A DNA stretch of 63,967 nucleotides, filler included, from Diploschistes diacapsis (lineage: Eukaryota): assembly GCA_023645945.1 (NCBI GenBank). It is 4 parts of 4 records of this genome, joined end to end, with 100 filler letters (N's around TTAATTAATTAA, not from the genome) between each part and the next. Parts side by side here need not be neighbours in the genome. Positions count along the whole stretch, not along the records: positions 50,072 to 63,967 come from JALAIB010000627.1; 3 more parts are not named here. The stretch is one strand, 5' to 3'. Positions 58,042-63,967 of the stretch are shown here, piece after piece. How positions within the stretch are numbered: the first letter of the stretch is position 1; every line of letters starts with the position of its first letter. Below the pieces are notes generated by a model. That model was given only the letters and a program-made list of their open reading frames with translations. It was not told the origin of the DNA and searched no databases. The translations under genes were made by a program, and so were the position numbers.

Positions 58042-59060
58042 TGACACCTGACGTGCAACTTGTCGTAACACTGCCTGCAATACCCCCTATGCGTTTGTGG
58101 TCTCGCATATATATATTATTGAACTAAAAACCCAGTATTGTTGGTCTTTTGGCTACATGGCCTAGCAGTATTAAACTGGCGCTTTGTCATATCGCACGTT
58201 CTACTTACATCTAGTGCTTTATGCGATCGACACTCGTGATGTTTTGGACTGGGTGACAATTGTTGCTACTTCGAAACAACGTGAACAAAAATCGGGGACA
58301 AACTCAATGCAACCTACACTTCAGAATAAGGAAGGCCTTATCCATACTGAATGATCCTGTATAGCCGATAGGAGCGCTTACTGCTATGTTCTAGCAGTTG
58401 TTGATGGGTCCGAACATGGTGGTGGTAGTTTGGCTTTGCTTTGATTTACTCTATCTAGGAGCTGTATCGCATTTGATGCTTTCTCCCCCCATATGCAGGC
58501 CGGTCGCGAGCGCCGGGAATCACTCGCATTTACTGTTACGGTTCCAGGTCATTTGGAATACTCCTCTATAGACCCAGATGTCAGTCGCTAGCTACCGGCC
58601 TTGGCTCTATCGCTAGTCGGGGGAATGGGTTGCTTTTGGGTCCTTGGATTCGATGATCTGTTGTGTAATATTATGGCTGATGCTAGATTAGAGTCGAAAA
58701 GCCCTATTGTGTACTATACATCTCGATCATGGAATCAATGCCAGAGGCGACGGCAAGGTTCTTCCTAAATTTTAATGAACTTAAGGGGTTCCGAGGACTA
58801 ATCACACCTAACGGAATCAAAAACATGGAACATAAACCCCCAACCTTTGACTTTTCACATTTAGACCCCCATTTCGCTTTTCTTCGGTTCCGAATTCTTC
58901 ATTCTTATAACATCTCTCTCAACTTGTTTCGTCTTGATTGAGCGAAAAAAACGTCTCGGAGCTGTGCTCATTTCCAATAGTACGAGCTTCTCTTTAGCTC
59001 GCTTTCTGTCTTTTCTGTTGCTGGATATCGCTGGCCGATCACACATTGCTGGCGACAGAT

Positions 59061-61118
59061 ATGTTTTTCCTCATGATCAGCGTCACCTGCCTTTTTGCTC
59101 TTGTCCTTGTGATTTCCTTTCATCTTGATGCTATGGGGAGGGGTACCGGAGTTCTGTCGCGTATGAGTAGCCAAGATGAGGCTGGACTACAAGTATCGCG
59201 CCGGCAAGCTGCAACTTCGCCATTCACAGGTAGTGATTTCGTCCGCCTTGGGTTCCATTCATGTACGTTTAGATCCTGTGGTCTGGAAATGATGGCAACT
59301 GATATGTTAAATCGCAGCTGTTGTTGTCGGGAATACTTTGTATATTGATGCTGGAGAAACCAGTTGGACGTCTAACGGGGTCGTTCTTCCACAAGTACCG
59401 AGTATGACGCGAGATATACCTGCTTTGAATCGCCTTAACCAGGACAGATAACAACACTCTCAGCATCGACCTTTCACAGTCTTGGTCACCTGCAGGTGTA
59501 ACAATCAACACGATCGAGAAAGGCAGCAATGCGCCGGTGTTGCTTTTCGAAGCGTTATGGCCCGGCACTGACAACCAGTCCTTTTACTCTTGGGCCGGGA
59601 GTGTCAGTCGATCAATAGGCAATGCTGATGGTCGCAATCCGACCAACGGGCTTTATCAGTTGCGTGATGGAGTTTGGTCGCAGGTCCAGATTAACCCTGG
59701 TTCTATATTCCCCAGCCTGGTCAGGCCCGCCGCTGGTGCTACGGCTTCTGGAAATGGTATGGCATACTACCTTGGTGGCTACAACGCCCAGCTCGAACCG
59801 TCAAGCAACGGACCATTTGATGCTATAACTGGTTTAGTAAGTTACAATATGTCATCGAATACATGGAGTAACACATCCTCCCTTCCATACAACTACGATG
59901 GAACAGCCTTCTGGGGAGCGATGGAACATATTCCGACATTTGGCACAGAGGGCCTACTCGTCATGTTCGGCGGTGAAGAGTCGGCGCCGGGCTCATGGTC
60001 AGACAACGGCTCAAACTTTCAGTCGTTCGGCAATATATCCATATACGATCCTGCAGGCTCCGGAACGTGGTACTCACAGGATACAACTGGCAATACCGGA
60101 TTTGGAGACATTCCTTATGACTCGGACTTGTTCTGTTGGGTTGGCGCACAGAGTGATATTGGGACTTATGAGATGTAAGTATTTACGCCCAAGCTACACT
60201 GAGCTTTGAAAGTTCTCCGATGCTCATCGTTGCCAGTTTCATATATGGCGGCCACAACGATTCTTATGTCAACGGCTTGGATATCCCAACCCCTGCCCAG
60301 CAAGAAGGGCAAAGCGCCTTCAACCAAGTTCACATCCTCAGTCTTCCAGGCTTTGTCTGGTTCAAGGTCAACGATACTTCTGCCGAGCCCCGCACGGCGC
60401 ACACGTGCGAACGTGTGGGCAATCGGCAGATGCTGAGCATTGGAGGATTGAACCCTGCACAGCAAGCTACCGTTAACTTTAGCACTGTGGACACAAATCC
60501 TCAAGGGCTGGGGGTGTTTGATATGGTACACCTCAAATGGACGAACACGTATGACGCAAATGCAGCACCGTATACTGCGCCTGACGTTGTTAAACAGTGG
60601 TACAGCAAACCGTGAGAATACCAAGTCCCAATATGCCCGCTATTGCTAATTATCTGATTAGCGGCTCGACCTCTAACGTCGCATGGAGCTCTCAGGAGCT
60701 AAAGAATCTTTTCCAGCACAAAGTTAGTTCTAGTGCTTCGTCTCCATCCTCTTCAACGCCGTCTCCTTCGTTGCCACCTTCGTCATTGCCACCTCTGTCC
60801 AACTACGAAACTATTATTGGGGCAGTCATTGGTGCACTTGCAGGTACAGCGCTTTTCGTTGCAGCGTTGTGGTATTGCCTGCGCCGGAGAAAACAGCAGC
60901 AAAGAGGGCCGATGCCGTCGTTGCACCATGAGGATGGGAAACCCTCGAAAATAGCACCCTGGGATGTTGATTGCATGATAGAAAAACAATACCCTGCTCA
61001 ACTGGTGTCAGAAGTCAGCGGTGACACGATGAGGCAAGAGCTGGGCTCTCAGCCTGTAACGCTGGAGTTGGAGTCACCAGTGGCTCCGATACAGCAACGA
61101 TTGCATGAGTTATACTAA
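59061..61118 (+). CDS. Kelch-repeat type I membrane protein, 5 exons
   Basis: Signal peptide, LYIDAGE, TLSIDLSQSW, YYLGG, VMFGG, FIYGG, LSLPGFVW, RQMLSIGG, TM IIGAVIGALAGTALFVAALWYCL-RRRK, tail with ELGS/ELES motifs. Four GT-AG introns. Confidence 0.88.
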
Positions 61119-61769
61119 AGATAAGAATTCTTTGTTTCTTCAGTTAGAAGGCTGTTGGAACGTAACTCCATTTCGCTTAGTTAATATATAACGAAAATAT
61201 CCATTCGTCAATGCTTCAATTATAAGAGCGAATTCAGTATCGGTGACATGGCACGTAGCACTCTAATAGACCTTTAAGGATTCTATAACACCCCTTGTCA
61301 GCAACACCTCTAAGATTTTTGGGTGAGGTTCTTCAAGCTTCTATCCTCCGAGCCATGGAGCCTCGGCATTCTTGGAGCGCTTCAACACCATATCGATCTA
61401 TAAGGAGTCTCACTACCTGTTATCGAGATTGTTATAAACCATACATATATATATATCTCTCTACCATATTACATTTTGCAGAGCCTGCCAGGAGGTCTGC
61501 CAGATAACTGGATTGTTTGAAGGAGAGAGCCAAGACTTTGTGACAGTGGGGGAGCGGATAAGCTTTTGAAATGTATGTGAGCACAAGAAAAGTCATGCTA
61601 TCCTTCGCCTGATTGGTTGGAGATTTCCAGGCCGACGTCACTCTTTGAACGCGTTCCAGCCCAGCCACTTTCAATTCAAACACACTTCCTCGACCTTAAT
61701 CGTACAAGGCGAGCATCGCATACAAGCTTCTGTCCAACCTCACTTCGAGCTGCATCCAACATCGTGAGT

Positions 61770-62874
61770 ATGGCACCGCGCAAACGTATCTCCAAGTCGA
61801 ATGGGCCGCAAGGAGGCTTCGTCGCGAGTGCAACTTCAGTCAAGACGCCTGTGATACCTACGAGCAAAATACCTGCACCCCTGCGCTTTCCACTTCTTGC
61901 GATCCTGAGTATGGCTTTGTCAAGTATACTGTATACGATATCCGCCGAGTTCACTGCTGGTGATCTAGCGAATGTGAGCAGGAGTGTCAACGATTGGCCA
62001 CAGATTACCGGACTGGTCGTGTGTAAGATCATGGAGCTTGGAGTGTCGTGGTTCAGCGGCTTTGATGGTGAGGACCACCTGACGAGCTTGCGCGCTCCTC
62101 CTATATTGTCGCATACCCCGATCATAGCTAATACGGACGATAGGCTACGATGTTGCTTCTCTGACCTTGCTTTCGCATCTCCCGCCTCTCGTCCTTCTGA
62201 CAACTTGCTATTCAATTCGCCCTACGACTATGCTGTCTTGCCTGGCAGTCGACCTGCTCGCCATGGCCATACCGTTTAACCTTTTGCGACGAGTATCTCC
62301 AGCACACGCCGATGATGCGCCGCAAGGCTCGATTGCCAACCGCTCCATCGTAACTGACCTGCCAACGCAAGTCTTTGCGTCTCTACTTGCTTCCGGAGTG
62401 TATGCATTCGTTGTCTATGGCAGCTATTATACGTGGTTGCCAATCCACCTCGTTACAAACTTCGACGGCCTGCGGTCCATGGGGGGGATCTACGAAGCTC
62501 AATTCCTTACGCTGGCCCTATTATATATTCCAGCCGGTGTGGCAGCAAAAGTCTTCCTGTTTACCCCGGCAACAGCTTCCAAGAAAGACTTTGCAGACGC
62601 GCAGAGGGCAGCATTTGATCCCAAGACGGCGACGCTGGAAGAGACCTTGTGGTACAACGTATGGGGCTTTTCCAAGCGCGGAAGAGTCATGATCTCGCGC
62701 ACGGCGATTCTGTCCGGAGTAACATTCCTCTACAGCTGGTTACAAGTATATGCCAGCATAGAAGGAGCGGAGAGTCTCGGTGCTGCCGGCTGGGCGTGTG
62801 TATGGGCCATTGCAGCGGCCCTCACTGGCGTAGCGTACTACTGGGTAATCAATGTGGAAGAGATTAGCAATTGA
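61770..62874 (+). CDS. Conserved fungal multi-pass membrane protein of unknown function, 2 exons
   Basis: LRFPLLAILS, AGDLANVSRS, intron ~62068-62143, YDVASLTLLSHLP, WLPIHLVTNFDG, FDPKTATLEET. Several TM segments. Confidence 0.82.
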
Positions 62875-63568
62875 AGGAAGCAAAGGAAAAATGAAGTCGG
62901 TAACGGACGGCAGGATTTACTGATTTCATGTTTTTCTATTTCGTTTCTGTTGAAAAGGAGATACTTCAGTAATTGGGCGCGGGTCATATGGTCCATCTCG
63001 TTCGTACCTCGAGGCGAGGTTGCGATAGAAAATCGGTTGCTTGGCGTGGCCGGTACGCTGGGTTTGTTTAGAGTGCCAGAAGATCTCGAGTCATACAGTG
63101 TTCTTGATTGTGCTTTGGCTTGCTAATTGACACGAGTTTACAATAGTGGCTTTTCCCCCAATGACTTCCATACAGAGCAGGCGCACCAATGTCGAACAAC
63201 TTAAATTGTTCGTCTATAATCATTGCCAAAAGAGCCCACAAGTCCTGATTAGCCTGGCGATATGTACCGATCATCACAGTGCTTTGTTTCGTACTACAAT
63301 CTCTTTCCTTTAGGCTTTGACCTTTTTCTTGATCCGATTGTTCTCACAATGGATGCATTCTTCTCACGCAATCGAAACTTCTTCTTTGTTCTAGTATATC
63401 CTGAAATATTATCAAGCTGCACCTCAACCCCTAAATCCATTTGGAAGGACAACACTTGCCGGACTGGTTCTGAATTCTTGTATGAAACTTCTGCGAAACT
63501 TCTGCTTTCGACGTGTCGTATCACTAAATCACTAAGAGAAAGCCAGCCAACTCAACCTCGACAGACAG

Positions 63569-63967
63569 ATGTCTATTACGAAATTCCTCAACGCCCGTAA
63601 CCCCCCAGAGCCACCAAAGCTCCCTGAACGACGATCCCGCGCCCATGCAGTATCTAATCATCAACGGAACCATGCTGTGGACATGGGCCGCCCATTAAGG
63701 CTAACGCGAACAGAAGACAGCGCAACACTTCTCCGAACCCTCTCCGCCGAAAACGCTCATCAAATCCGTCCCACTTTCCGCCTCCAACCGCCACCACTAT
63801 GCAAAAAGCGGCGTCTAACCTCAACCAAGTGTTTCACCGTCTCAAAGACCCCCATAGCCTCCACCACCTCCCTGGACCGCTTAACACCCTCTCTCATCCC
63901 CCATCCCCTCAACATTATAAAAGCCAACCGCCGCTCCCACACCCAACAACACCAACTCTCCCTCTCC
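63569..63967 (+). CDS. 5' part of a hypothetical gene running off the window end
   Basis: ATG 63569 opens 133 uninterrupted codons (MSITKFLNARNPPEPPKLPERRSR..). Absent from the ORF track because there is no stop. Confidence 0.4.
   Translation, partial: MSITKFLNARNPPEPPKLPERRSRAHAVSNHQRNHAVDMGRPLRLTRTEDSATLLRTLSAENAHQIRPTFRLQPPPLCKKRRLTSTKCFTVSKTPIASTTSLDRLTPSLIPHPLNIIKANRRSHTQQHQLSLS

Overview
Filamentous ascomycete (Pezizomycotina) genomic DNA with short spliceosomal introns (GT..CTRAY..YAG). The window is not one locus. It holds four pieces joined by artificial 100-nt spacers (N44-TTAATTAATTAA-N44) at 16609-16708, 33292-33391 and 49972-50071. The first three pieces are 16608+, 16583 and 16580 nt long, which suggests size-sorted contig concatenation. 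Contig 1: a secreted beta-propeller-like protein, an AhpD/Pxp2-like protein, a C2H2 zinc-finger transcription factor and a truncated PRI2. Contig 2: CaM kinase (cmkB-like) and AMMECR1, then an accessory stretch with a small Cys-rich secreted protein, a frameshifted PTH11-like receptor, an orphan ORF, two paralogous single-pass Ser/Thr-rich membrane proteins and a secreted peptide gene. Contig 3: an isochorismatase-AlkB fusion, SRAP/HMCES, a Mgr3-like TPR protein, a Sec7-PH ArfGEF and SDS23. Contig 4: BET1, CHZ1, a decayed caspase/legumain-like gene, a small membrane protein, an AAA-like ATPase, a Kelch membrane protein and a conserved membrane protein. The most striking signal is the C2H2 gene. 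An in-frame TGA in a CARYYA readthrough context (TGA CAA TCA), which is also a branch-point motif, separates the zinc fingers from a further 140 open codons. The same gene has two in-phase alternative 5' donors and a candidate Cys/His-rich uORF. All family assignments come from motif recognition, not database searches.
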